The position numbers and the translations under genes are program-made. Of a stretch of 64,000 nt of DNA, positions 1-10,085 are shown one piece after another. The stretch is from a candidate division FCPU426 bacterium. GTDB lineage: Bacteria; Oederibacteriota; Muellerivitia; Muellerivitales; Muellerivitaceae. Under the pieces are notes generated by a model, which was not told the origin of the DNA, made no database searches, and saw nothing but the letters and a program-made list of their open reading frames with translations. Each line of letters opens with the position of its first letter. The first letter of the stretch is position 1. The DNA is taken from contig CAVRAL010000001.1 in the NCBI GenBank assembly GCA_963719085.1, positions 32,001-96,000 of the forward strand, written 5' to 3'.

Positions 1-539
1 CTGGAACGCCTTGCCCCACCTGCCATGGGCAGGGGCGTTTGGAAAAAGAAAGAACGGTTTCGGTCAAGGTACCCGCCGGAGTGGATGAGGGTTCTCGTTT
101 AAGGATCCGGGGCGAAGGGGAAGCGGGACTTAACGGGGCGCCGGCGGGCGATTTGTATATTTTCCTGCACGTGGAACCTCATCCTATTTTTCACCGGGAT
201 GAGAGCAATTTGCTGTGCGAGATTCCCATTTCTTTCGTTCAGGCCGCTTTGGGAACCGAATTGGAAGTTCCCACGTTGGAAGGTCCGGTGAAAATGAAGG
301 TTCCGTCCGGGACCCAATCGGGAAAAGTTTTCCGCCTGCGCGAAAAGGGCCTCAAGAGCCCCCAGCGTTCCGGAGTGGGGGATTTGTTGGTGACGGTCCA
401 CGTGGAGACCCCCACGGACCTTAGCACCAAGCAGCGCAAACTGCTGGAGGACTTCGCCGCTTCCACCCAGGAAGAAAACCAGCCTGAATCAACCAAGTTC
501 CTGAATAAAATGCGGAATCTTTTCACCAAGAAAAAATAA
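1..539 (+). CDS. dnaJ: Chaperone DnaJ, C-terminal part (5' end outside window)
   Basis: Frame from nt 3 reads GTPCPTCHGQG (last CxxCxGxG zinc repeat), then VKVPAGVD...GDLYI...ISFVQAALG...PSGTQSG, the DnaJ C-terminal domain. Confidence 0.96.
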   Translation, partial: GTPCPTCHGQGRLEKERTVSVKVPAGVDEGSRLRIRGEGEAGLNGAPAGDLYIFLHVEPHPIFHRDESNLLCEIPISFVQAALGTELEVPTLEGPVKMKVPSGTQSGKVFRLREKGLKSPQRSGVGDLLVTVHVETPTDLSTKQRKLLEDFAASTQEENQPESTKFLNKMRNLFTKKK

Positions 540-560
540 GTCCATTTTGACAAGGCGCGA

Positions 561-1298
561 ATGAGCTCCGTTCCCCGAATCTTTTTGCAAGAAACCCCCT
601 TGGCGGGCTCCACGCTTTCACTCGACCCGGCTCTGTCCCATTACCTGGCCAAAGTTTTACGTTTAGAGGCGAACGCGCCTTTCGTGGGATTTGATCCTCA
701 AGGCTCCGAATATGAAATGATCCTGCTGAGCGCGAACGCCCAAGGATCGGAAGCGCGGGTTTTGCGCCAAACCCAACAGGCGCCGGCCCAATCACTCCAG
801 ATCGCTTTAGGTCAAGGGCTCCCGAAGGGATCCAAAATGGACCTGATTTTGCGCCAAGGCACCGAAATGGGAATCCATCAAATCATCCCCCTCTTGACCG
901 AAAGAAGCGTTTCTCGGCCGGAGCCAAGCCAATGGGCGCATAAAAGAGACCGCTGGCAAAAGATCCTGGTGGAAGCGTGCCGTCAATGCGGCCGGAGGGA
1001 TGTGCCTGAGCTAAAGCCGATGACGGACTGGGAAACGCTTTTGAGCTGTTTTAAGGATTATGACCTGGTTTTACTGCCTTATGAAAAAGAGGCGCCGTCT
1101 TTAAAGAGCGTGTTAGAATCCAACTCAGAGAGTCGGCGGATTTTGGTTTTGATCGGTCCCGAAGGGGGGTGGGCGCCCGGGGAAGTGGAGCAGGCCCAGG
1201 CGCACGGCGCTTGTGTGACGCATTTGCCGGTCCCGATCTTGCGGACCGAAACCGCCGGGTTGGCCGCCGCCGCGATGATTCAATTTTTTAAAAAATAA
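561..1298 (+). CDS. rsmE: 16S rRNA m3U1498 methyltransferase RsmE
   Basis: HYLAKVLRL, EACRQCGR, LIGPEGGW, ILRTETAG motifs; follows dnaJ. Confidence 0.95.
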   Translation: MSSVPRIFLQETPLAGSTLSLDPALSHYLAKVLRLEANAPFVGFDPQGSEYEMILLSANAQGSEARVLRQTQQAPAQSLQIALGQGLPKGSKMDLILRQGTEMGIHQIIPLLTERSVSRPEPSQWAHKRDRWQKILVEACRQCGRRDVPELKPMTDWETLLSCFKDYDLVLLPYEKEAPSLKSVLESNSESRRILVLIGPEGGWAPGEVEQAQAHGACVTHLPVPILRTETAGLAAAAMIQFFKK

Positions 1299-1324
1299 AC
1301 TATTTTAAATCTTAAGGAAGCTCC

Positions 1325-2188
1325 ATGGCGAGCTCAGCCAAAACCAAACCCTCTCCCGATAATCAAACTGTTTTTTTATTGGGAAAACCTGTGGCCCATT
1401 CGCTTTCGCCCCTCATGCAAAACGCCGCTTTTCGCGCTTTGAAACTCAAGACTTTTTACGCCCCCCTGGAATTGGAAGCTTGGCAGTTGGATTCCTTCTT
1501 TAAAGTTTTTAAAGGTCCCAATATTTGCGGCGCCAATGTCACAGTCCCTTATAAGGAGAAGGTGATAGCGCATTTGGACGGGGTGGAAAAAGACGCCCGG
1601 TGGTTGGGGTCGGTTAATACGATTTATAAGAAGGCCGGAAAACTTTGGGGCGCTTCCACCGATGGGGCCGGATTTCTACTGTCCTTGGGCACTTCGCGAA
1701 AAAAACTTAAGGGGACCGATGGTCTTCTATTGGGCGCCGGCGGCGCGGCCAAGGCGGTCGCCGGGGCTTTGACGGGATCCGGAATCAGGCGTCTTTTTAT
1801 CGCGAATCGATCGGTTCCCCGAGCCGCCCAATTAGCGAAGATCCTTCAAAAGAGTCATTCCCGTTTGGACGTGGGGGTTGTTTCCTTCGAGGAGTCGGAA
1901 AAGCTTTTACCCAGGATTCAGTGGATCGTTCAGGCCACTTCAATGGGGCTCGAACCGGGGGACCCTTCGCCGATTTCCCTGAAAAGAGCCCCAAAATCAA
2001 TTTGGGCGATGGACCTGATTTATAACCGACCCACGGTTTTCTTAAAAGAAGCCAAGCGTCAAAAAATGAAATCGATAGGCGGGTGGGGCATGTTGCTTTA
2101 CCAAGGGGCTTTAGCTTTTGAAAAATGGACGGGCCGCGAGGCTCCCTTGGAAGTCATGCGGGCGGTGTTGTTGAAGAACTTAAGTTGA
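1325..2188 (+). CDS. aroE: Shikimate dehydrogenase
   Basis: HSLSPLMQN, GANVTVPYKE, SVNT, LLGAGGAA, MLLYQG motifs. Confidence 0.95.
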   Translation: MASSAKTKPSPDNQTVFLLGKPVAHSLSPLMQNAAFRALKLKTFYAPLELEAWQLDSFFKVFKGPNICGANVTVPYKEKVIAHLDGVEKDARWLGSVNTIYKKAGKLWGASTDGAGFLLSLGTSRKKLKGTDGLLLGAGGAAKAVAGALTGSGIRRLFIANRSVPRAAQLAKILQKSHSRLDVGVVSFEESEKLLPRIQWIVQATSMGLEPGDPSPISLKRAPKSIWAMDLIYNRPTVFLKEAKRQKMKSIGGWGMLLYQGALAFEKWTGREAPLEVMRAVLLKNLS

Positions 2189-2212
2189 GTTTTGCCGGCT
2201 TTTTGACAAACG

Positions 2213-2241
2213 TTGACTTCGATTTTTTAAGACTCTATACT
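2213..2241 (+). promoter_or_regulatory. Putative sigma70 promoter of the pilB operon
   Basis: TTGACT-17 nt-TATACT upstream of pilB. Confidence 0.65.
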
Positions 2242-2312
2242 TCCTTGCCAGGGATTTTTGCCCCCTGTCAAGGGCCGCGCGGCCCGGTCGATTTCCTTCC
2301 TTGAGGTATTAA

Positions 2313-4061
2313 ATGCCTGAATCCATGAAAAAACGCCTGGGTGAGATGTTGGTTGATGAAGGAATCATTACGGAAGAACAGCTTCAAGAAGCCCTTCATG
2401 AGCAAAAAATTAAGGGTGGCCGCCTCGAAAAAATCCTGATCAGCCAGGGCTATGTCACCCAAGACGTCATCATGGCTTTTGTAGGAACCCAACTGGGTAT
2501 TCCCCACGTCAGTTTGGCCGAAATTGGCTCGATTCCTAACGATGTGGTTTTCTCGGTGCCTGAGTCGATCGCCTTGAACCACTGCCTGATTCCGATCGTA
2601 AAAAAAGATAAAAAATTAACCGTGGCTATGGCCGATCCGCTAAACGTTTTCGCCATTGACGACATCAAAATGATGACGGGTTTTGAGGTTGAGCCGGCGA
2701 TCGCCAGTGAAATTGAAATTAAGGCCATGCAGGCCAAGTACTATGGCGGGGCGTCCTCCGGCGGTGGTGGCGCTGAAGCCGGCTCGGACATGCAGGAAAT
2801 CATTGGCTCCATGGGCGGCGACAGCAATCTTGAGGTGATGGAAGAAAAACAAGAGGAGATGGATATCTCCAAACTGGAAGCGGCCGGCGAGGACGCTCCG
2901 GTCGTTCGTTTGGTGAACCTGATTTTAACGGAAGCCGTTCGTTCCGGCGCCAGCGATATTCATATTGAGCCTTACGAAAAGAGCATGCGGTGCCGTTACC
3001 GCATTGACGGTGTTTTACACGAGGTTCAATCGCCTCCGAAATCCATTTCGGCGGCCATGTCGTCCCGCCTTAAAATTATGTCATCTCTTGATATTTCCGA
3101 GCGCCGCCTCCCTCAGGACGGACGCATTAAGATTAAGGTTCTGGGTAAGGAAATCGACCTTCGTGTTTCGATTTGCCCTGTGCAATTCGGCGAAAAGATC
3201 GTCATGCGTATTTTGGACTCTTCAAACCTTTCTCTGGATCTTCCCAAGCTGGGGTTTGAGGAAGACGTGCTTCCCAAGTTTCAAAAAGCCATTGTGGAAC
3301 CTTACGGTCTGGTTTTGGTAACAGGTCCGACAGGATCGGGGAAATCCACGACCCTCTATTCCGCGCTTCATTATATTAATGATCCCGACACCAATATTTC
3401 CACGATCGAGGATCCGGTGGAATATAACCTTCCCGGAATCAATCAGGTGAACGCCAAGGCCGGCATCGGGCTGACCTTCGCGGCGGGATTAAGGTCCTTC
3501 TTGCGGCAGGATCCGGATGTGATCATGGTGGGTGAAATCCGTGATAAAGAAACCGGTGAAATCGCCATCAACGCGGCTTTGACGGGTCACTTGGTTTTTT
3601 CCACGCTTCATACCAACGACGCGCCAGGCGCGGTGACCCGCATGGGCAACATGGGCATTGAGCCCTTTTTGATTACCTCAACGGTTCATTGCGTGGTTGC
3701 CCAACGGTTGCTTCGACGAATTTGCAAGGATTGCAAGCAACCCTACGAAGGTACCCCGGAAGTGATTGAGGAAATGGGGCTTCAAGTCACGGGTGAGCCG
3801 GTGACCCTCTATAAAGGCGCGGGATGCGCGACTTGCTCAAACACCGGTTACAAAGGCCGCATGGCCATTCACGAGGTTCTGATCTTGAATGATGAGTTTA
3901 AAAAAGGGGTTTTGCAACGCAAGCCGTCTTCGGAGCTTAAAAAGCTCGCTCGCGAGGGCGGAATGCAAACTCTGCGTGAATGCGGGGTGCAAAAGGTTTT
4001 GAAGGGAATGACTTCGGTGGAAGAGCTATTCCGCGTGGCCCACGCGGACGAAGATGAATAA
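2313..4061 (+). CDS. pilB: Type IV pilus assembly ATPase PilB
   Basis: N-terminal RLGEMLV (MshEN-like), ASDIHIEP, Walker A GPTGSGKST, LRQDPDVIMVGEIRD, CxxC...CxxC zinc motif. Confidence 0.96.
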   Translation: MPESMKKRLGEMLVDEGIITEEQLQEALHEQKIKGGRLEKILISQGYVTQDVIMAFVGTQLGIPHVSLAEIGSIPNDVVFSVPESIALNHCLIPIVKKDKKLTVAMADPLNVFAIDDIKMMTGFEVEPAIASEIEIKAMQAKYYGGASSGGGGAEAGSDMQEIIGSMGGDSNLEVMEEKQEEMDISKLEAAGEDAPVVRLVNLILTEAVRSGASDIHIEPYEKSMRCRYRIDGVLHEVQSPPKSISAAMSSRLKIMSSLDISERRLPQDGRIKIKVLGKEIDLRVSICPVQFGEKIVMRILDSSNLSLDLPKLGFEEDVLPKFQKAIVEPYGLVLVTGPTGSGKSTTLYSALHYINDPDTNISTIEDPVEYNLPGINQVNAKAGIGLTFAAGLRSFLRQDPDVIMVGEIRDKETGEIAINAALTGHLVFSTLHTNDAPGAVTRMGNMGIEPFLITSTVHCVVAQRLLRRICKDCKQPYEGTPEVIEEMGLQVTGEPVTLYKGAGCATCSNTGYKGRMAIHEVLILNDEFKKGVLQRKPSSELKKLAREGGMQTLRECGVQKVLKGMTSVEELFRVAHADEDE

Positions 4062-4090
4062 ATCGCGGATCACGAGGAGAATAAAAGAAC

Positions 4091-5155
4091 ATGGTTAACA
4101 TCGATACTTTGCTACGCCTGATGTTTGAACGCGGCGCTTCGGATTTGCACATTACCGCGGGCGCCCCCCCTATGCTCCGGGTGGACGGCGTGATGACGGC
4201 CACCGAGTATGAGAAGTTGCGGCCTGAAACCACCCAACAGCTGATTTACAGTATTTTGACCGATGAACAAAAGGAAAAGTTCGAAAAAGACAATGAGTTG
4301 GACGTTTCATTCGGCGTGGAAGGCGTCGGCCGCGTTCGTATGAACGTTTTCCAACAACGCGGAGCCGTAGCCTCCGCTTTAAGAAATATTCCCACCAGCA
4401 TCCGTACCTTTGAGGACCTGAAATTACCGCAAGTCGTTCAGGACCTTGTGAAACTTCCCAAGGGATTGGTTCTCGTCACGGGTCCCACGGGATCCGGTAA
4501 GTCCACCACACTGGCGGCCATGTTGGATTGGATTAACACCAACCAGCAGCATCATATTATTACGATCGAAGACCCGATTGAGTATGTGCACACCCATAAG
4601 TCTTGCATCGTTAATCAACGGGAAGTCGGCACGGACACGCACAGTTTTACCGCGGCCCTCAAATACGCCTTGCGCCAAGATCCGGACGTGATTCTGATCG
4701 GGGAAATGCGCGACTTGGAAACCATCAACGCCGCTTTGACAATCGCGGAAACAGGTCACTTGGTTTTCGCCACGCTTCATACGGTCGACTCGATTCAAAC
4801 CATCAACCGTATCATCGACGTGTTCCCGGCGACTCAACAACAACAGATTCGGGCTCAAATTTCATTTGTCTTGCAAGGGGTCTTGTCCCAACAGTTGATT
4901 CCGAAAGCCTATGGATCAGGACGGGTGATCGCCACGGAAGTTTTGATTCCCAGCGCCGCCGTTCGGAACTTGATCCGGGAAGAAAAGGTTCATCAAATTT
5001 ATTCGGCCATGCAAACGGGGGCCGAATACGGTATGCAGACCATGAATCAATGTTTGTTTGAGTTGTACCAGAAACAAATCGTGAGCTATAACGAGATTTT
5101 TTCCCGAACGTTAGATCCCAAAGAGCTGCAAAGAATGGTAAAGGGTATTATCTGA
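4091..5155 (+). CDS. pilT: Type IV pilus retraction ATPase PilT
   Basis: GASDLH, GPTGSGKSTT, ALRQDPD, AVRNLIRE (PilT AIRNLIRE motif), GMQTM. Confidence 0.96.
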   Translation: MVNIDTLLRLMFERGASDLHITAGAPPMLRVDGVMTATEYEKLRPETTQQLIYSILTDEQKEKFEKDNELDVSFGVEGVGRVRMNVFQQRGAVASALRNIPTSIRTFEDLKLPQVVQDLVKLPKGLVLVTGPTGSGKSTTLAAMLDWINTNQQHHIITIEDPIEYVHTHKSCIVNQREVGTDTHSFTAALKYALRQDPDVILIGEMRDLETINAALTIAETGHLVFATLHTVDSIQTINRIIDVFPATQQQQIRAQISFVLQGVLSQQLIPKAYGSGRVIATEVLIPSAAVRNLIREEKVHQIYSAMQTGAEYGMQTMNQCLFELYQKQIVSYNEIFSRTLDPKELQRMVKGII

Positions 5156-5172
5156 ACTAAGGGAAGGTATTC

Positions 5173-6390
5173 ATGGCGCTTTTTAAATATAAGGCGAAGA
5201 CGAGCCTGGGGAAAGTGGTTGACGGCACCCTGGAGGTTGAAAGCGAAAACGCGCTCGGGTCGGCTTTGCGTCAAAAACGGCTTGAGCTCATTTCTTTTTC
5301 CAAAGCCAGTTCGTTCGAAGTTTACCTGAGCAAAGTTTTTCAAAAAGGCGGAAACGTCACGATGAGGGACGTTGTTATCTTCAGCCGCCAATTTTCCACC
5401 ATGGTGAACGCGGGATTGCCCATTATGCAAGGGCTGTCCATAGTGGCCGAGCAATCGGAGAACCCTAATTTCAGGGTGGTGATGGGCAGAATCCGAGATG
5501 ACATCGCCAACGGTGTGCCGCTTTCAGAAGCCATGGCCAAACATCCGAAAGCCTTCACGACGCTTTACATCAACATGGTGAAAGCCGGGGAGCAGGGCGG
5601 TATTTTGGACACCATTTTCGAGCGATTATCCGAATACTTGGAAAAAGCCGATGGAGTGACCCGGAAAGTGAAGTCGGCGCTCATGTATCCGATTGTCGTC
5701 ATGTCGGTGGCCTTTTTAGTCGTCATTTTTTTGATGGTGAAGGTCATCCCGACATTTCGGGATGTGTTTGACTCCTTTGGGGCAAAACTTCCTTTACCGA
5801 CGCAAATTGTCATCAATATCAGCGAATTTTTGCAAAGCAAGAAAGCTTTTCTATTAGTGGCTGGGATGATCGGACTCTGGTTACTTATCTCCGCTTACCG
5901 GAAAACGAAGGCGGGCGCTTATCAATGGGACAAGATGCTACTGGGGTTGCCCACCTTTGGCCCTTTGGTTCGTAAAGCGGCGGTCGCCAAGTTCGCCAGA
6001 ACTTTAGGCACCTTAATTAAGTCGGGCGTTCCCATTATGGACGCGTTGGAAACAGTAGGAAAAACAGCCGGAAATCTGGTTGTTGAGAGAGCGGTTCAAA
6101 ATTGCCGTGATTCGGTTCGGGAAGGTAAGACACTCACGCAACCCTTAAAAGACAGCGGTGTTTTCCCTCCCATGGTCATTCAAATGATCAACGTCGGGGA
6201 AGAGACGGGCGCCTTAGATCAAATGCTTTCAAAAGTGGCGGATTTTTATGAGGAAGAAGTGGATGTGGCGGTGGAAGGGTTGACCTCGATCATTGAGCCT
6301 ATTTTGATCGTTTTCCTTGGGGTCACCATCGGATTTATCGTTGTTGCGATGTTTATGCCGATGTTTGAACTGGGCAATATCGCCGGTTAA
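5173..6390 (+). CDS. pilC: Type IV pilus inner-membrane platform protein PilC
   Basis: Two T2SSF domains (FSRQFSTMVNAGLP; FARTLGTLIKSGVP), GEETGALD, C-terminal MFMPMF. Confidence 0.95.
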   Translation: MALFKYKAKTSLGKVVDGTLEVESENALGSALRQKRLELISFSKASSFEVYLSKVFQKGGNVTMRDVVIFSRQFSTMVNAGLPIMQGLSIVAEQSENPNFRVVMGRIRDDIANGVPLSEAMAKHPKAFTTLYINMVKAGEQGGILDTIFERLSEYLEKADGVTRKVKSALMYPIVVMSVAFLVVIFLMVKVIPTFRDVFDSFGAKLPLPTQIVINISEFLQSKKAFLLVAGMIGLWLLISAYRKTKAGAYQWDKMLLGLPTFGPLVRKAAVAKFARTLGTLIKSGVPIMDALETVGKTAGNLVVERAVQNCRDSVREGKTLTQPLKDSGVFPPMVIQMINVGEETGALDQMLSKVADFYEEEVDVAVEGLTSIIEPILIVFLGVTIGFIVVAMFMPMFELGNIAG

Positions 6391-6422
6391 GTAACGTGAA
6401 AATCAGTGTTTACCGTCTTTGA

Positions 6423-6451
6423 TTGACAAGGAGATTGTGGACAAGTAGAAT
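6423..6451 (+). promoter_or_regulatory. Putative sigma70 promoter of pilA
   Basis: TTGACA-17 nt-TAGAAT; GGAGG SD before ATG 6520. Confidence 0.7.
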
Positions 6452-6519
6452 CAATCTAGCTTAATAATTAAGGGGTCAAGACTTATTATTGGGCTGAAAT
6501 CAAATGGAGGTGTCGCAAT

Positions 6520-6978
6520 ATGGTTCGTAAAAATGCTAAAAAAGGGTTTACGCTCATTGAACTGATGATCGTTGTCGCGATCATTGGTATTTTGGCCGCT
6601 ATCGCTATCCCGCGTTTCGCTCAGATGCTTGAGAAATCGCGTGAGGGCGCTACCAAGGGAAACTTGGGTAGCTTGAAGTCAGCGTCTTCGATTTATTATG
6701 GAGACGTTCAAGGCGTGTGGCCGACGACTCTTAACTCCCAGTCCGTTTACTCCTTCAGCAAGTACCTGGATAACATCTATCCGGTGAAAGTCACGGGAGC
6801 TTTTGTGGCTGGCGCGAAGAGCCCGACGGGAACCCTCGTCAATGTTGTCGCTCAAGCGGTTGCTCCGACGGTCGCGAGCAGCGGTTGGATGTACGACAGC
6901 ACGGGCGGAACCGTTTATGTTAATAGCACGGTTCAAGATTCCAAGCAGATCCCGTATTCGTACTATGGGTTTGAATGA
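6520..6978 (+). CDS. pilA: Type IVa major pilin
   Basis: Class III signal KKG|FTLIELMIVVAIIGILAAIAIP (G-1, F1, E5); own promoter and terminator. Confidence 0.93.
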   Translation: MVRKNAKKGFTLIELMIVVAIIGILAAIAIPRFAQMLEKSREGATKGNLGSLKSASSIYYGDVQGVWPTTLNSQSVYSFSKYLDNIYPVKVTGAFVAGAKSPTGTLVNVVAQAVAPTVASSGWMYDSTGGTVYVNSTVQDSKQIPYSYYGFE

Positions 6979-7009
6979 TCGAAAGATCAAAAATATAGTT
7001 TAATGTAAA

Positions 7010-7042
7010 GTGGGCGGCATTTTTGCCGCCCATTGTTTTATT
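7010..7042 (+). terminator. Intrinsic terminator after pilA
   Basis: GTGGGCGGCA-TTTT-TGCCGCCCAT stem followed by TGTTTTATT. Confidence 0.75.
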
Positions 7043-7855
7043 CTCTGAGTTTAGAGGTGATTTTATTCTAAACTTACTCCATCTCTTCGCGGCTTTGTTT
7101 GGGGTTTGTGTTGGCAGCTTTTTAAATGTTTGTCTTCTTCGCTGGAAATCCGGCGAGAGTATTGTAATTCCCGCCTCCCACTGTCCTTCTTGTCATCATT
7201 TTCTTCGTTGGTATGAGAATATCCCAATCATTAGTTTTTTTGTCCTGAATGGAAAATGCCGTTATTGCAAGGCTTCAATTTCTTGGCAATATCCCATCGT
7301 TGAAATCGCGACCGCTTTTTTATTTTCGTTTTGCACCTACCGATTTTCAGATCCGGTGATGATCTTGAGCAGCTGTTTTTTTGTTGTTTTTTTAATCTTA
7401 TTGGTCGCCAGTGACATAAAATGGCGGTTGTTGCCGAATTTGTTTAACAATCTGTTGGTGGTTGCCGCTTTTTTTTTTCTTTTTTCAAATTGTTGCTTCA
7501 AAATGGAACGGGATTAGTCGATCCCTTTCAAGCGGTGGCTGGGTACATGTTCGCCGGGACTTTTTTCATGCTGATCAACCTATATCCTAAAGGAATAGGC
7601 GGGGGCGACGTGGTGATGGCGGCCGGGTTGGGAGCGTGGTTGGGTTTGGGACATGTTTGGGTCATGATTTTATTTGCTTTTGGGCTGGGCGGTTTATTCG
7701 CAATACCGATGCTTTTGACCGGCCGGCTTAAATTGAAGTCTTTCATCGCGTTTGGGCCTTATTTGGCCTTGAGCTCATTTTTTATTTGGTTTTTTCCTGG
7801 TTCGTTTCATTCGTTTTTTCTTTGGCTTTTTGGTGATTCATTCAATCCGTTTTAA
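7023..7855 (+). pseudogene. pilD: Prepilin peptidase PilD split by a frameshift at a T10 tract (phase-variable gene, pseudogene or sequencing error)
   Basis: ORF 7023-7517 has GSFLNV, CxxC...CxxC, ENIPI and SDIKWRLLPN; ORF 7490-7855 has GIGGGDV and IAFGPYL; one extra T in the run at 7469-7478 fuses them. Confidence 0.85.
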
Positions 7856-7867
7856 AGTGAGCGAGAA

Positions 7868-8971
7868 ATGTTTGGCTTATTAGGAAAAAATATAGTGGGG
7901 CTTGATTTGGGTTCTTCCTCGATCAAAGTCGTCCAGTTAAAGCAAAACGGCGGAAAATGGCACTTGGTCGCCCTGGGCATAGCGGATATTCCCGCCGAGG
8001 CGCAAGAAAGCAAAAATCCCGAACTCCAACGAGCCGCGCTTCTGGATACGATTAAGAGGGTTTTTAGAGAGAACAAAATCAAATCCAAGCACGTGGTCAC
8101 GTCCCTTTCCGGTGACGCGGTTATTATTCGATACGTTAAGTTGCCCTATGTTACCGCCGAGGAATTGCGGGGAAGCATTGGACGCGAGGCGGAACAATAT
8201 ATCCCTTTGAACATTGACCAAGTTATTCTTGATTTTCAAATATTGGGCGAGACCCAAGAAGAAGGGCAGAAAAAGGTGGATGTTCTTTTGATTGCCGCGA
8301 AAGTGGACGTTGTGGAACAACATCTTTCACTCTTGAAATCAGCCGGATTAACGCCGACGGTCATTGATGTCGACACCTTCGCCTTGGGGAACGCTTACGA
8401 GGTCAACCGATTGGAGTCGAGCGAAGAGACGATCGCCCTTATCAATATCGGAGCGACCCTTTCGACCATCAATATTCTTGAGGGCGGCGTCACGAGATTT
8501 ACGAGAGATATTCCGGTGGCTGGAAATGATTTTACCCGTGAGATTCAGAAGGAATTTAACTTAAAGTTTTCCGAGGCCGAAGAATTAAAGAAAACACATG
8601 GAACCATTTCAATGGAAGAAGATGATTTTAATCTTTCTTCCGTATCCCACAAGGATGATCGGGTCTTACGCATGTCGGATGTCATGACGCCGGTCCTCAA
8701 TAAGCTGTTAGGTGAAATTAGGCGCTCTTTTGACTATTACGAAACCCAGTCCCGTAAAAAGACGGTTGAACGGGTTGTCTTGTTGGGCGGAAGCGCTCGA
8801 TTGAAAAATGTGAACCGGTTTTTAGCCAACAAGTTGGGGATCCCGGTAGAGCATTTCGCCACTTTCCGAAATGTGGAAGTTGAAAAGGGCATTGATCCGG
8901 AATTCTTAAGCGAGAAGGAATTTCAGCTGGGTGTTTGCTTAGGGCTGGCCTTGCGAAAGGCCGAATCCTAA
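7868..8971 (+). CDS. pilM: Type IV pilus assembly protein PilM
   Basis: VGLDLGSSSIKVV, EAEQYIP, INIGA, LLGGSA, C-terminal GLALR. Confidence 0.95.
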   Translation: MFGLLGKNIVGLDLGSSSIKVVQLKQNGGKWHLVALGIADIPAEAQESKNPELQRAALLDTIKRVFRENKIKSKHVVTSLSGDAVIIRYVKLPYVTAEELRGSIGREAEQYIPLNIDQVILDFQILGETQEEGQKKVDVLLIAAKVDVVEQHLSLLKSAGLTPTVIDVDTFALGNAYEVNRLESSEETIALINIGATLSTINILEGGVTRFTRDIPVAGNDFTREIQKEFNLKFSEAEELKKTHGTISMEEDDFNLSSVSHKDDRVLRMSDVMTPVLNKLLGEIRRSFDYYETQSRKKTVERVVLLGGSARLKNVNRFLANKLGIPVEHFATFRNVEVEKGIDPEFLSEKEFQLGVCLGLALRKAES

Positions 8972-8973
8972 CC

Positions 8974-9534
8974 ATGATCAAAGTTAACCTTCTTCCGGTA
9001 ACCGAAAAGAAAAAAAGAAAACAGTTAATCATTATTGTGTTTGGCGTTTTTGTGGGTCTTATTTTGCTCGCGATCCTAGGTTGGATCTATGTGGGGCGTT
9101 TACAGGTTGAAAAAGATTTGGCGGATCAAATTAAACGGGTGGATCAGGAATCCCAGGGCTACAGCGACAAGATCGCGGAAATCAAGGACTTGGAAGCGAA
9201 AGAAACCAGCTTGGATGGTTTCCGAAAAACCCTTACCGGCATTTACGCCGTTCAAAAAAATGTCTTATTCGCTTTCGACCAAATCGCGTCGAATTTGCCG
9301 GGTGATATTTGGATCACCAAGATCACCCAGGGTCAAAAGCCGGATGAGAATAAATTCATTATTGACGGATATTCTTTCAGCAATTTATCGCTGCAAGCTT
9401 ACTTGAACGTTCTTCAAAAGCCGGGTAGCGGGTTTTCGGAGACGGTGTTGGATATCAAGAGCATCTCCGCGAGCGTTGGGAATAATAAACAAATTCAACA
9501 ATTTGAGATTACGACTCGGGCGGTCCCCCAATGA
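8974..9534 (+). CDS. pilN: Type IV pilus assembly protein PilN
   Basis: Starts MIKVNLLP (PilN INLLP motif), TM helix, coiled coil, LPGDIWI. Confidence 0.9.
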   Translation: MIKVNLLPVTEKKKRKQLIIIVFGVFVGLILLAILGWIYVGRLQVEKDLADQIKRVDQESQGYSDKIAEIKDLEAKETSLDGFRKTLTGIYAVQKNVLFAFDQIASNLPGDIWITKITQGQKPDENKFIIDGYSFSNLSLQAYLNVLQKPGSGFSETVLDIKSISASVGNNKQIQQFEITTRAVPQ

Positions 9535-10085
9535 AACTCTCCCCCCTTTATCAAGCTTTGATCATCGGCTTTTTACTTTTCGCCGGAGTTGTCGTTTTAT
9601 ATTACGAGTTTCTTTTGAAACCGGTGAATGTCCGGATTGGCCAATTGAGCGATCAGCTGGACCAAAAAAAGAAAGACTTGGATGAAGCCAAGAAAACCAT
9701 GGCGAAGTATGTCGAGTTTAAAAAACGATCGGATTCGGTCCAAAGGGAATTGGAGTGGATTCAAAATCGAATTCCAAAGCTGATTGATAAAAGCCAACTG
9801 CTGGACAGCCTCAATTTGGTCCAGAGTCGGTCGGGTATTGTCTTGACGAATTTTCAAATGTCGGCGCAAACGAACGCGCGAGACACCTATACCGAGATTC
9901 CGGTCAACTTGAAATTCACGACGAGTTATGACGGCCTCTTGAATTTTTTATATCAAACTTCAGTCTCGTCGCTTTTGATGACGGTGAATGGAATTGTAGT
10001 GACGCCGCTGGCGAATCCAGACCCCAGGTATCCCGATTTAACCTTGACGGCTCAAGTGGTCTTGAATGGAGTTCAAGCGAAATGA
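9531..10085 (+). CDS. pilO: Type IV pilus assembly protein PilO
   Basis: TM helix plus coiled coil, YTEIPVNL...SYDGLLNFL; position after pilN. Confidence 0.88.
   Translation: MKLSPLYQALIIGFLLFAGVVVLYYEFLLKPVNVRIGQLSDQLDQKKKDLDEAKKTMAKYVEFKKRSDSVQRELEWIQNRIPKLIDKSQLLDSLNLVQSRSGIVLTNFQMSAQTNARDTYTEIPVNLKFTTSYDGLLNFLYQTSVSSLLMTVNGIVVTPLANPDPRYPDLTLTAQVVLNGVQAK

Noticed and set aside
6520..6978. Aromatic-rich pilin (17 of 143 mature residues) as a conductive e-pilin
   Set aside because: Position 27 is Met and there are aromatic-free gaps of 25 and 28 residues, so it does not fit the proposed e-pilin pattern
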